DNA from: Octopus bimaculoides
Lineage: Eukaryota
NCBI RefSeq assembly: GCF_001194135.2
Contig: NC_068998.1
Span: forward strand, 28,984,663-29,023,853
DNA length: 39,191 nt
Direction of reading: 5' to 3'
Shown here: one piece after another, positions 8,851-21,752 of the stretch
Layout of the letters: every line of letters begins with the position of its first letter
Numbering within the stretch: position 1 is the stretch's first letter
The notes under the pieces: model-generated
What the model saw: the letters and a program-made list of their open reading frames with translations, nothing else
What the model was told of the DNA's origin: nothing
Database searches by the model: none
Translations under genes and position numbers: made by a program

Positions 8851-11800
8851 ATGAATGTAGACAGGGTGAAAGAGAAAGAAAGATGTGTGACCTTTAATTA
8901 TAAATTCAAATTTTGTTATAGACAATATGTCTTTGGCATGACACATTAATACTTGCTTCATGATAGTGGGATTGCCACGAGCAAGGGTATCAAGCAGTCA
9001 TAAGAAATCCTTCTATTTCTGCTGCCACTGAGTACATGCAAACATAACAATTTATATAATTATTATGTGATTTATTTTGAAATAAACTCTGCCAGAAAAT
9101 CAGAAATTGTCTGTTTATTCCATCAAAATATTTATGATAAAAATCTAAAACTTTCTATTGTTAACTGAATGGAACAGATGTCAAATACAGCACAGTTGTT
9201 CTGCTAATGTGCACCTATTACACACAAAGCTTTAGTGTTATTTCATTAAACATGACTTTCAAATGTGACATTTATACAAAAATCATTAATAACTAACATT
9301 AACTACAAATCATTATTTTCATTAAAAAAGAAATCTTATTTGAATCTTTTTTTTACTGTTCTAAATTTACATTGAAATATGTTCATGGTAGCAATTAAAG
9401 TATTTTATTTGACAGTGTTACAGAAAATGAGAAGAATCAACTATTTGGTAAAGGCAGCAATCCAAATGCAAATATAAATTCTTTTTAAGTTATTAAAACT
9501 CCATGTTTTTGAAACATTATTTCTCTATTTCCACCTTTACAACTATATCGGTAACTGCTACACTAGTAAAACTGTATTTTTTATGCAAGTTGTTCCAACT
9601 CTTGAGAATATGTGTCTAAACTAAAATATATGAATATATTTCAGTTTATTACACCATATATAAAATAATCAGTAATATATATATATATATCATTTGTATT
9701 AAAACGTTTTAGCAAATATTAATATTCTCTATATGCAATAACCAACTATTCATAACTAACAGGTGAAAATATTTCTACGTATATGACATTGAACATATAT
9801 ATAATACATTATATATAATTCAGCATACAAGCAATAACAAACCGTGTATATTGTAAGCAGAAGATTGTTAGAACATAGTGAAGGAAAATCTTATGTACAC
9901 AGAAGATGAATAGTTATGTTGATACACTAAATTATTTCATTATTCTTTCGGTCTACTTGAAGAATATTATACTAGTCTACCAAAAATCTTTATAATTATG
10001 ATTAAATAATTACCCCAACCATGATTAAAACAGTAATGATCAATAGTTCTAAAATGTTTACTACTTCAACCAGACTGCCTATCATTAGTGACAGAAAATT
10101 AAGACCCCACTATACATTTGAACATTTTTCTCTATATTTCCTTTCCATATACCTGCTCAGCAACAACTCTCACTAAAATATAATATATATTAAGATTCAA
10201 AAGCAAGAATTCCCAGGCAGTCACAGTTTGAGCAGTTGCTATTTTTCATCTTATGAATCCTTACCAGTTATCAATCAATTATTGATTAACAGATTAGTAC
10301 TGAGTAGTCTCTTTGTGGATATTATAACTGTCAATAGTGTTATCAAAAGATTGTTTATTTATTAATGTTTGTCATATAATACTTGATCTTCATTAGCAGC
10401 CATTGAAATGATTTAGACATTCTTGTGAACATGATGTTTATGTTTTACTTGAAAAGTTAAACATATATATAAATATATGTGTATGTGCATCTGCCTTAGC
10501 AAACATCAAGGTCAAACCAATATTACTTTCTTTAATTTCTTTCACTTCCACAAAAATTGATTCACAGTTCCAAATTAAGCAAAAGTTCACTTTTCTGAAA
10601 TTTAAAAATATTTAGCACTTCTTATTCTGTTCAAATATTTAAAGTACTAAATTTAAATTGTGTTACCTCTTTGTCACAAATTACTGTATTTTACTGCTTT
10701 CTTTTTATCATGGCTAGAACCTGAAGCTAGTCATCTTCATACAATTACATAGTCACCTTGCAAAAGTTTAATACACAAAGGAAGTGCTTTTGTTTTCTTT
10801 GACATGTTTTTCTTCAAATTTTCCTTCAATAGTTTATAGTCTCCCTGAATCCTCATAAAATGTATGAAAGTTCCATTTTATATGTACCTGTAATATAATG
10901 TATTAAATAACTGAAATTTGAATAGTTCTTTCTATTAAAACAATCTCTTCAATATTTTTTAAGATTTGACCTTTGAGATGAACTATTCTATTTCTTACTT
11001 TAGTTTGTCAATTTAAAAAGTAGCTACTAGTTGTACTTCATGAACTATTTCATACTTTAGAAGCACTACCTGTTTTTAAAACATTAATTTCAGAAATTGG
11101 TGTAAATAAAAATAATAAAAAATCCACTAGTTTGCCTTTTATTTTATATCAGATATATTTCTGAATTGTGGAAACTATGGTACTGAGAATTACTTTATGT
11201 TTCCTGCTAGGCATCCAACTGTTTGGTTTATTTTTCATGTTGCTGGTAACATTAGTTGCTAACCACATGTCACTACCTTATTTTCTCTCAACTACCAAAC
11301 CATATAGCTTTTAATTTGCCATACATTTCCATTTGTATAGCACTCCATGCACTTCTATTTATGTACTTGTCTGTGATTTTTCTCAAGTTTTCCATACAAA
11401 ACTACTTTCTCAGGTTTATTATTTTGATTCTGCTAGGCCAAGGTTAATAATATACAGATACTCAATCCATTTTGGACACCTTTGTAATACAGTCAGGAAC
11501 TTGCTGAAAATGTTTTGTGGTTACTCAGTTTTGTACTTACCACATTGCTCCATCAAATACAGTCCAAAGAATGCACTTAAATTGTTGACAGTAACCAAGG
11601 TGTCTCATTGATTTTGAAGTATGGCATCACATCAAAGGAATTTCTGTAGATTAATAATTGCAGTTAAAATAATTTGTTTTCTGCTAAGTACTTATAGTTG
11701 TTTCACCAAAATAAAAACGAAAATCTAATTTTTTTTGCTCCATATATTGGTAAAAACTCCATATCCTTAACTATTAAATTCATATCTTTAGTTCTACATT

Positions 11801-12104
11801 TTGGTAAAATGCTATATTACACTCTTCATATTTCTGTGTACATGTTTTAGTAAAAACTTGATACTATGTCTAAAATTATTAAAATCTGCCTTAATTTAAT
11901 TGATTCTCATTAACATGATTCTTTAAATCAAGACATTTATTTCTCCTTGCTACCTTTGTAATACATAATGTTATTTTGTCAGCAGTTTCAAAGGCTTCAA
12001 TACAAATTATTTAGCCATCTGACCCTAAGTGAAATTATCTTTCGAGTATTCCTTTAATTACTTCAAAATAAATGAAAACAAAAGTTGTGTATGATGTTGC
12101 TGGT

Positions 12105-12335
12105 GTTTGCTCCCAGGATGGCCTCAATCAGGCAGGCCTATGATTAATGACATTCTAGGGATGATTATTCTACCTTTACTTCAGGCATGTGTATGCCAAA
12201 CTACATTACCTAATATAGTTTGAAGTCATTGGGTAATATAGTTCTTTTTTAAAAACAGTACAGTGTGATTTGGGGGAAATTTCGCTGCTATATCTAGCAA
12301 ATCGAGTGAACCACATGAGGGGTACATTGTTGGCT
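12105..12335 (+). mobile_element. Short interspersed repeat, copy 2 of the 3294-3490 family
   Basis: GTTTGCTCCCAGG...GTGTGATTTGGGGGAAATTTCGCTGCTATATCTAGCAAATCGAG is homologous to copies 1 and 3. Confidence 0.65.
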
Positions 12336-13737
12336 CATTGTTGTTAATGATGTCTATTTTGTGAAGGGAATGTGAGACTGATATTGTGAGAAGGAGCCAT
12401 TCAACATAGTTTTAATGTTAGTCTTAATTCAAGCTGATTTAGACAATCACTAGTCACCCATTTCTAGCATCCACAATTTCTCCCCCCACACACACACACA
12501 ATACATATACACATGTGTGTATAAACTTGAAATTTATTTGGTCTTTGTAATAACATTGTACAAAAATGAACAGAAAACTTAACACTACAGCAATATTATC
12601 TAATTTTACTATTTCATATACAAAATTTTTGACAATAAAAAACCCTTTTCAAAAAGTTTTTAAATTAATTTTTCAACTGTTAAGTCCTGATTTCATAATT
12701 TATTTCATGGGTGGTGTATCTGTATTTTAATTTTATTTTTATTTGTTTTTTCTATTAGTAAAACTTCCATAAAAAAATTCTCTCAATTATTGTGAAATTT
12801 TATATAAAGCTGTTGTACTGTTTTTTATCTTATTTATATTTCAGGTATTATAATATGTATTGCATTGACTGGTCAACCAGTGAGAAAGTATCATGCTTGT
12901 GTATCTAATGTAACAGTTTTAGTCATGAAGTTTACAATTTTCATTGTTTATATTGAAATTTGTACATTATGTTAGTTATCTGAATTATATACTCTGGTGT
13001 GCAAATTTATGGTTTCATTTTAGGTTAATTATTGTAGCATATTCTAACTATGACAATGTGATTAGATGTGATACATGTTAGGTTTTGTTTTATCCACTTT
13101 TAATGAACTGGGGTACATTTGGTTCATGTAGTATACCATATATATATGTGTGTATAGTTTTTGTATCTTTCCTGGGTGCTACATCTGTTACATCAGTGCA
13201 AGTGAATTTGTTCTTATATTGTTCAAGTTTATTATAATAACCAGCATTAATACTGTTTGTTTTACTTGCAACATATAATACAATAAACAAAATAAAATTA
13301 GAATAGTTTTATTTAGAATTCCTCAAAAAAAAAAATGAAAAGAACTTTACTATGGAAGCTTTACTAACAGCAAAACGTAAACCAAAACTTAACAGCACAT
13401 AAAATAAACCATGAAATCAGTGCTTAAATAGCAAATAATTTTAAATACAACATTAATGATTTTGTCAGTTACAATAATATTCCTGTAATGTAATGTGACT
13501 ACTGCAAAGTATGTAAACAGCACACTATTATCATTATACTTTCATTATGATGATGAGACGTAGAAGGTCTTGAAACATTAATGGATTTATGAATTTAGGA
13601 ATACTATTGTCCCAAGTGAAACATACAGTACTAATAATGAAATACAAAAGTTGTGAATAAATATGAAGAAAATTGCACACAATCATGCTTTTAATATTAC
13701 ATATTTGAAAGACAAACTGGGTTCCCTATTTACAAAT

Positions 13738-13740
<3 letters not shown>

Positions 13741-13792
<52 letters not shown>
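13741..13792. repeat. (AC)n microsatellite
   Basis: Directly visible. Confidence 0.97.
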
Positions 13793-13795
<3 letters not shown>

Positions 13796-14118
13796 TACAC
13801 ATACACATTGTTATACATATGTATGTGTTTATGAATGTATGTATCTAAAAGATTTTGAAGAAAATAAACAAAAATATGCAAAAATGAAAGGAGAACTATA
13901 GCAGAATAACACTGTGCTAAGTGCGGAAATAATGTCACTCTTCAGTCACCCCTCAGTGTGGTTAGACTTGTCTTTGTAAGGCTGGCTTAACTTCACTTCT
14001 CAGAACTTATTTTCAAACAGTTGGCTTAAACGGTACAAAGATCAATCCAGCAGACACACTCATATGACATATTTTTAATGAGACATATAAGTCCTATGCT
14101 GGCCTAAAAGGTACTTAA

Positions 14119-14334
14119 CCCTTTCATTACCAACCCGGCTGAAACTGGTTCTGGCTCTGAGTACAAATGTCTTGTTTTCATAAGTTTGGGATTAAAATCT
14201 TCCACCAAACCTTAGTCACAATTCACGTTCCTAACACTAGCTGAATGATAACTGAGTTGTTTTACTAAATTCTTTGTAATATTTAAGATTAATTGAAAGA
14301 AACACAGAGCATCTCAAATACAGTAACAAAAGGG
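14119..14334. mobile_element. piggyBac-type MITE (216 bp) with TTAA target duplication
   Basis: TTAA (14115-14118) CCCTTTCATTAC ... GTAACAAAAGGG TTAA (14335-14338). CCC...GGG termini with TTAA flanks are the piggyBac signature. Confidence 0.85.
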
Positions 14335-14759
14335 TTAAAAATCTATAAATCAGACATGACAAACAGAACTGTGCCACTGGAGGTGAGACATATTTGCACT
14401 GTTTGTAACACAAATTGCAAACAGCTCTCAGAATTCAAAAGCCACTTATATGCTCCATGCATGGAAAAAGCACATGTAAGAAGTGGTCAAACTTTGAATT
14501 GTGGTAGACAGACTGAATATATTTTTATCCTCTTCATTGTTTTGATGTTCACTTTTCATGCTTACATGGATCAAATAGTAGATTCCTTATGGCAATGCAA
14601 CATTTCCCTCTGACTAGACATGTTTTCATGAAAAACTGCAAATACAGGACACTACATGTAGGTGGGTGATGCTCATTAACAACTATCTCATGATGTCAAT
14701 CAAGACAACAGGTGTCAAGTATATACGTGTGTGTGTGTGTGTGTGTGTGTGTTCATATG

Positions 14760-14880
14760 TATGTATCTGCAACAAGCTCCTTTCAGTTTCTGTCTACTAA
14801 ATCTACTCACAAGGTTTTGGTCAGTTGAAACCACATTTATTAGGAAGCAGACTTCTTGATCGCAACCATGCCTTGACCTA
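14760..14880 (-). mobile_element. Internally deleted tRNA-derived SINE
   Basis: CTTTCAGTTTCTGTCTACTAAATCTACTCACAAGGTTTTGGTC is the reverse complement of the SINE body at 26225-26300 (AAACCTTGTGAGTGAGTTTAAGTAGAAAGAAACTG). Confidence 0.65.
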
Positions 14881-14949
14881 TAATTTGTAAAAAAAACTTT
14901 GTATATTGTGAAGTGAAGTGATTTATGACTGTCAATAGTCAATAGTTGA

Positions 14950-16640
14950 AGATATAATGTAAAATATAATGCAAGAGGGTGGAGAGACAGGAAAATTAGG
15001 AGAAAAGAGTTGTAGGCAGAAGAGAAGAAAAGGTCTAACCAAGGTTTGAATAAAAAGAAAACATAATGAAAGAGGGAGAGAAGGCTTGTTGCTGAGGGCA
15101 AGCAACGACAGGATGGTAAAGGAACTGGAGAGAAATGTCTTGGATACATCCTAAAACTAAAGTTTTCAAAAAGGGGAGATATATTAAGGATCAAGGTGAC
15201 ATACGTGAAAAAAAAGTTTGAAGGTCAGAAAGTCGATATGAAGACTTGCTTAAGATAGAGTATTAAAAGCGAAGGACTATCATGTGTAATAGAATAGAAA
15301 GAAGAGCTTGGTTTGAAGTGATTGTATAGCCTCGAATTAGTCCTTAACCAACAGATATACCTAAGATGGGAAATGTTCCAGCTGTGATCATTCCATTTTT
15401 ATATATATGGACATAGTGTACATAAGACAGTCAGGTTTGATTTGAGAAAGATCTGACTGTTATTTGTAGCAGATCAAGTGACCATGTAGTAATTATCATA
15501 CCATCTCATGGTTTATTGGTATGGGTATGTGTAACAGGAAGGTAACAGCATATATCCCAGGTGTGATAGAGAATAAAATTTAACAATGAATAATGTTAAC
15601 CATATGTAAAGAAGTTAATTTCTTCAATCTTCAAGTTGAAGTATAACCAATAGAGTGGTCACAGAAACTGTGAAGAGATGATGGATTTAGTGTGGAGAGG
15701 GAAGTATGGAATGAGAAGAAAAATTAAGGGAAATTTGTACACTATAAATGCTATTATTGATAGTGAAAAAGGTGTCAAGGAAGCTGAAAGTTATGTTAGA
15801 GATGTTCATTGCTGATGAATAAGATTTAGCAGATGAGTTATTTTCTGGTAAATCAAGTTATTCTATGATTGGCCAATAGAATTGACAAATAGAATTGTGA
15901 ACCTTGATGTGTCTACATACAGGTTAGTTTAATTGAAGCCAATCCCAGTCTCAAAAGTCACATAGCTTAGGTGTGGTTAAAATTCCACCAAAGAAAGTGA
16001 ATAAATTTAGAGTAAGAATAAGTTCAGATAAGAAGAGCATGTAGGGTCTGGCAATTGAAGAAGTATTGTAAGTGTGATAGACCATCATTGAAAGGAAAGC
16101 CAATATATTAAGATTTAATGTCCATTGTGAGAAGTTTGGAAATTTCCAATTACATGTGAAAGGAGTTAAAAACATTGCAGATATGAGTAGTGTCAGTTAT
16201 ACCAGGGTGTAATGGAAAAGTGATATTTATTTGCTAAGATAATTGAGAAGAAATTCATCAGTTGAGCAGCTATAAGAATTAGAGAGACAAGATTTGCTAG
16301 GTTTTAGAAATTTCAGAAAGAAGTAGATAGTAGTAGTCAATGGTACTTTTAAGATGAATATAGATCTGTTCAAAGGAAGCAGAATGGTAGAGATAAGGTG
16401 ACTAATACAGACTAAGACAATCTTTAAGTTTTAATAAGGAAAGTCTTTGAGTAATTTTTGGCAGAAGAGTGGGATGGCTGAGCTGTTAGAGCACTTGAGT
16501 GTCTGCATTGTCAGCTGGTTTAAGGTAAAGAACTTCCTACTATGAGGCTTTTGGAGTATGTAAATTGAAAGTTGTTAGGGCCAATTTGAGTGTCCAATTA
16601 AAACTGTGAAAGAAGTCTTTCCGCTGAGAATGTGAGAATA
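14950..16640 (-). mobile_element. Highly degenerate non-LTR retrotransposon (RT/post-RT region; clade unresolved, I/jockey-like)
   Basis: Strong strand asymmetry (purine-rich +). Minus-strand remnants LNILAFLS..IARPYML and LLRLGLASIK/NLYVDTS resemble LINE thumb and post-RT motifs. Confidence 0.45.
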
Positions 16641-16657
16641 TGTTGTTATTTTTATAC

Positions 16658-16688
<31 letters not shown>

Positions 16689-16689
<1 letters not shown>

Positions 16690-17648
16690 AAGATATTACT
16701 ATTATTGTTGATAAAGAACGACAATAATATAAGTGGCCAACAAGCATTAATGCCAAAAAGGTAAATTCATAAATTTATAATTAATTATTAATTATAATTG
16801 AGGGTACATGAAGTACCAGCTTTGCTAGAAATAGGAATTGAAAAATATTCAAATAAGCCACTATTTCACTGAAAATTCAACAAGCTGATGAAAATAGAGA
16901 AACAAGCAAAATCTAACTTACCATTGTGGCTGAAAGGCACAAATGAAGATCACAGATATACCTATATCATGTGATTTCAAACTTTGAGATATTTCTCTTA
17001 GTTCTCATCTGTAAGTCTTGCTGTTGACAAGGGTTAAATTTATACTTGCTTTGTCATGCGTGTCAAAATCATTGAAAGACCAGCATCAAATTGAAACGAT
17101 ATCAGTGTATAATTATACATAAATAAAGGTATTATTATTCTTATTAATAAATAATAACCACAATAATATAAGTGGCCAGCAAGCATAAATGCCAGAAAGG
17201 CAAATTCATAAATTTGTTAATCAATTATTAATTATAAATTTATGAATTTGCCTTTTTGGCATTAATGCTTGCTGGCCACTTATATTATTGTTGTTATTAT
17301 TTATTAATAGTAATATCTTTATTTATTTATGTATAATTATATACTGATATCATTTGAATTTGGTGCTGGTCTTTCAACAATTTTGAACAGGGATAATGAA
17401 GCAAGTATAAATTTAACCCTTGGCAACTGTGAGACTTAATGATGAGAACTAAGAGAAATATCTTAAAGTTTAAAATCACATGATATAGGTATATCTGTGA
17501 TCTTTATTTGTGACTTTCAGCTGCAATGGTAAGTTAGATTTTGTTCGTTCCTTGATTTTCATCAGCCTGTTGAATTTTCAGTGAAATAGTCGCTTGAGTT
17601 TTTTTTTTCACTCTTATTTCTAGCAACTCTAGTACTTCGTGTACCTTC

Positions 17649-17655
<7 letters not shown>
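16689..17655. repeat. Fold-back structure: ~439-bp unit present as ~1.25 direct copies plus one inverted copy; 863-bp palindrome centred at 17226, flanked by (TA)n
   Basis: 16793-17225 is the reverse complement of 17227-17655. 16722.. repeats at 17161.. (period 439). (TA)n at 16663-16689 and 17652-17719. Confidence 0.92.
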
Positions 17656-17721
<66 letters not shown>

Positions 17722-17744
17722 GTATGTATGTATGTATGTATATG

Positions 17745-18389
17745 GTACAGCTGTCAAAACAATTCTTCCTGTGTTTATTATTGTAGATGGTTTTAGTAAT
17801 AATGTCATATCATGGAAAGGTAATATCTTGTAGACATTTTCTGACAACTGTTGCTGATATGAGTGTATTTTCCACATCAGTATGGCACAATCAACATTTT
17901 CTATCCCAACATAAAGTCTAGAGGCATCCCTATCCCTGTTGTTGATCAGATATTTAGCATTAAGTAGATTAGTCCAGCCATTCATAGTTCACATAGAGCA
18001 GCTGTATACTCAGAGTATCTGTTCAGGAGTTCTTTGCCTAATTTTATGATGTTATTACTTCTGCTGTTGAGATATAATGCACTTTCTTTATTGTTCAGTA
18101 GGTATGATTTGGCACTCAAAGGTCATTTAAACTAACCTTACATCTCCATCCTTCTGCTTAACATAGATCCTTTCAGAGTTGTCATGGATGAGGAGATTAC
18201 TAGTTAACACATTCTTCATCCTGATATCCATGTTACAGATTTCTCCAAGTATCCACTCTAGTATTCCAAATTTTGGGACTAGCATGGGCACTGTGAAAGT
18301 ATCGTGAGATTTGCTTGTTTTTTTTAACATTGACAGCTTTGAATTCCATAAGTCTGCTGGAGTAATCTTTTGTCAATATTGTTTCACTC
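17745..18389 (-). mobile_element. R4/Dong-type LINE, 3' segment (RT thumb to CCHC finger; restriction-like endonuclease missing)
   Basis: SHDTFTVPMLVPKFGILEW, ERIYVKQKDG (cf. DRLY..RK.GGRG) and frameshifted SCQKMSTRYYL..HDIVAKTIY motifs typical of R4/Dong ORFs. Confidence 0.7.
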
Positions 18390-19370
18390 TTCACACCATC
18401 CTTGATCTCCCCACCAACCATGGTCTGATGTTTTCCTCATCTATGTTTGGGTGTCAAAGAATTTAACGAAGTCTCCATTCCAACTACTACATGGTCTTCC
18501 TCTCCTTTTCTTTTTTTTTTCTAGACATAGTGTCCAATCTGTCCATTTGGTATACCACTTATTGTCCTTTCTTCTAAACACATGTCCTGCAAAAGACCAT
18601 TTCAGAGTTTTTATTTTCCAGACAATACATTAAAACTGTTACCCCTCTTATCCTATTGTTTCTCCACCCATCCATTTTGTTAAATCTTGAGCATTTTCCT
18701 TTCCATGATTCTTTGTGTTGCTCTTAATTTATTTTCATTGCTCTTGGTAGTTCATATTTCTGATGCATATGTAATGGTTGAAGACCTTTCTTTTTAGACA
18801 CATGGACAAAATTACTGCGCATATGGTTCAATTTACAAAAGGCTTCCCATCCCAAGTATATTCATTGTTCGATTTCTTTGGTCTGATTTTAATCCTTTAA
18901 ACATATTTGTCCAAGATAGGTGTATTGGTGTACGTGTTCAACTATTTCATCATTTATTACTACATTTTCAGCTGTGGTTAGATGGTTGGAAAATACCTTC
19001 ATTTGATTTAATATCTATTCTGAGTTCACATTTTTTGTTTTCTTCTTTTAGTTCTCTGAGGATTTCTGTTGATTTTTTAATGCTTTTGGAAATAAGTACA
19101 ATACCATCAGCAAATTTGAGATGATTTAGCATGATATTTATTCTTTTATCTGACCAATATAAGATTTTAAAAATCTTTTCTAATACAGGTGTGAATAATT
19201 TGGGTAATATAGTGTCTGCTTGTGTGCCTCCTTTACCATTTTTGATATCAATTGCTTTGTTGTTTATAGTTGTTGTAGTTCTACAGTTGGTGTACACATT
19301 CTCTATTAACTTGAAATAATTTCCTTCGATTCCCTTTTCTTCCAGTATATCATCAATTTCCACAGAATCT
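18390..19370 (-). mobile_element. 5'-truncated RTE LINE inserted inside the R4/Dong element
   Basis: DSVEIDDILEEKGIEGNYFKLIENVY, GGTQADTILPKLFT (QGD motif), LNHLKFADGIVLIS (FADD motif), C-terminal KKRRGRPCSSWNGDFVKFF. Confidence 0.85.
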
Positions 19371-20880
19371 TAGTATCAATATATGCAATATTCTCATCAA
19401 TTTCAAGGTGTGCGTAGCGCTCATCACTAGTAGTCAAGAAAATAGAAAGCTATTGGTATCCATCTTCCTTCCCTGATTGACAATTTTTCCTTGTTTGACT
19501 ACCATATATGAATGCTTATCCTGACCAAACTCCATTCCATTGTACCCTGAAAAAGTTGTACTTAGTTTTAATTGTGGTATATATTGCTCAAATGCAGCTT
19601 AAGGTGTGGGTAATATAATTTTTTCTTTTGTCAGTAGATACTACTGTGTAGCCTTTGTATTTCCTTAACAGGCTGACAAAAAGTTCATTGCTAGGACAAA
19701 GAGCATTGAAGATAAGCTGTCGGCGGTGCATCAGCATGGCCACAGCTCTAAGCTGAAACTATAAACAAATAAACCCATAAATATCCTTTTTGATAGCCTA
19801 ATTCTGTTAGTGACTTTAGTAGTAGCCCCAGTTCTTATCAATAGCTCTGTGGACCATATTGTTGTCAGTCTCTTAACAATATGAGACTAACATATTGTTA
19901 TGTCAGTCTCATATAGTAACTGGAACATTAGCAAAGCATAGTGACTCTATTATCATCCATGAATGAAGAATTAAGCCAAATGCCTTCTTATAGCCTAACC
20001 ATTACAGCCAACAGGTTTTGGTAAAGCTGCTTAAGCTCCTTGAAACCAGTTCTGTTGATGAAAGACTGTTTGGTACTGCCCCAGATCCCTTTCTTACCTC
20101 CTGCCTGCTTTTCAGTCACCACAGTATATGTTTCATAGTGACCTAGGGGAACATATTCAAGCAACCTGTATAATTTCTATATCACATTCAAACATGCTTT
20201 AGGCCTGAAGTCTTTGGCAACATATGTCTCCTGGCTTTTACCTACTAGAGTTGTATGTACAGCTGTCTGACACACCAATCTCAGCATTTATTGGGTTTTT
20301 TTAAGGTTAATGATGGCTGCCCTGTAAAACATGAACTTTTTAAACCAATAACCGACTATCAGGTTTCTCCAAGGTGATTCTTTGTTCAGTAGTTTTGCAA
20401 CAACCATCAAGAGAGCTTCACTGTTTATATATGTTTTAGGAGAGACATCTGCACATAACTCATTTAACCATTTCCTGTCGTGTTTGTGTTGGTTGTTTAC
20501 ATTTCCAATTCGTTCCCCAAATTACTCTAAATCATTACGGAGAGGAGCTTTTATTACTTGGATGACTTGGCTATGATACACTGCATGAAGGTTTAGTGCA
20601 AACTTGCAACTGATGTGCTTGCATTCTGGTAATATTTTCTGATAATGAAGTTTTTCACTTACTACTCACAATTTGTATTTAAGGGCAATTACTGCACCTG
20701 CCAGTGTCGCTTGTAGTTCCAACTGACCTTATATAATCTTTCATGAAGTCACAGCTGCTGGTGCGGGAATCTATTATTCGTTTTGCATTTAATGATAGTG
20801 TCTAAATGTCCAATATTTTTTCTAAGTTTGTTGATATTTGTCTGGAGAGAGGTTATTCATTTTAGTTATTTTGTTTTTCT
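19371..20880 (-). mobile_element. R4/Dong-type LINE, 5' segment (RT N-terminal part through palm)
   Basis: Frameshifted remnants IVGYWFKK, KDFRPKACLNVI, EKQAGGKKG, LGYKKAF, IKRIFMG|DSLSSMLFVLAMN, GMEFGQDK and ERYAHLEIDENIAY are colinear with the 17745-18389 segment. Confidence 0.7.
19722..19772 (+). mobile_element. 51-bp SINE 3'-tail-like insertion splitting the Dong RT QG|DSLS motif
   Basis: GGCGGTGCATCAGCATGGCCACAGCTCTAAGCTGAAACTATAAACAAATAA. Removing it rejoins ATG GGT|GAC AGC TTA TCT on the minus strand. Confidence 0.6.
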
Positions 20881-21363
20881 TGTTACAATTGATTTCTGTT
20901 ACTCCCATCTACAAGTGGATGATAGTCACAGCACAGTATAATAGAGCATTCGTGTGTGTGTGTGTGTGTGTGTGTGCATGTGTGTACGTGTGCATGTAGT
21001 ACATGAATTCATGAATACAAAGAAAGGTATACTAAATGCCATATAAGAGAATTACCTTTACTTTGAGAGAAACGTAAATAAGCAGCTAGCAGCAATTGCA
21101 ACTGTCTAAGAATGAGGAGGGGAGATAATCTCAAGCAATTAACAATGTTTTGGAAATAACTTGCTATTTATGAAAAGGTAGTGTTTGTTTCTTTCTGGAG
21201 ACCCATACATACACACTCACAAAGACGTGCACACACACTCACAAAGACATGCACGCACACACGCACACACACACACACACACACACGGAGGATTTTTACA
21301 TGGAATTATATAAATGGCTAGACTTTGAAGGACTGTTATGAGAACTTGTTCAATAATGAGTAT

Positions 21364-21752
21364 TGTCGTGGCACTCTGTCGGTTATGACGCCGAGGGTTC
21401 CAGTTGATCCGATCAACAGAGCATCATGCTCGTGAAATTAACATGCAAGTCACTGAGCACTCCACAGATACGTGTACCCTTAATGTAGTTCTCGGGGATA
21501 TTCAGCATGACACAGTGTGACAAGGCTGACCCTTTGAAACACAAGTACAACAGAAACAGGGAGAAAGAATGAGAGAAAGTTGTGGTGAAAGAGTACAGCA
21601 GGGTTTGCCACCACCACCCCTACTGAAGCCTCATGAAACTTCAGGTGTTTTTGCTCAATAAACACTCACAACGCTTGGTCTGGGAATTGAAACCAAGATC
21701 CTATGACCACAAGTCTGCTGCCCTAACCACTGGGCCATTGCACCTCCACCAT
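21364..21752 (-). mobile_element. Full-length tRNA-derived SINE with 12-bp target-site duplication
   Basis: Minus-strand head GGAGGTGCAATGGCCCAGTGGTTAGGGCAGCAGAC...GGTTTCAATTCCC (A and B boxes). TSD AATAATGAGTAT at 21352-21363 and 21753-21764. Confidence 0.88.

Noticed and set aside
21690-21752. tRNA gene
   Set aside because: A/B boxes are present but continue into a SINE body with a 12-bp TSD, and there is no complete cloverleaf or poly-T terminator.
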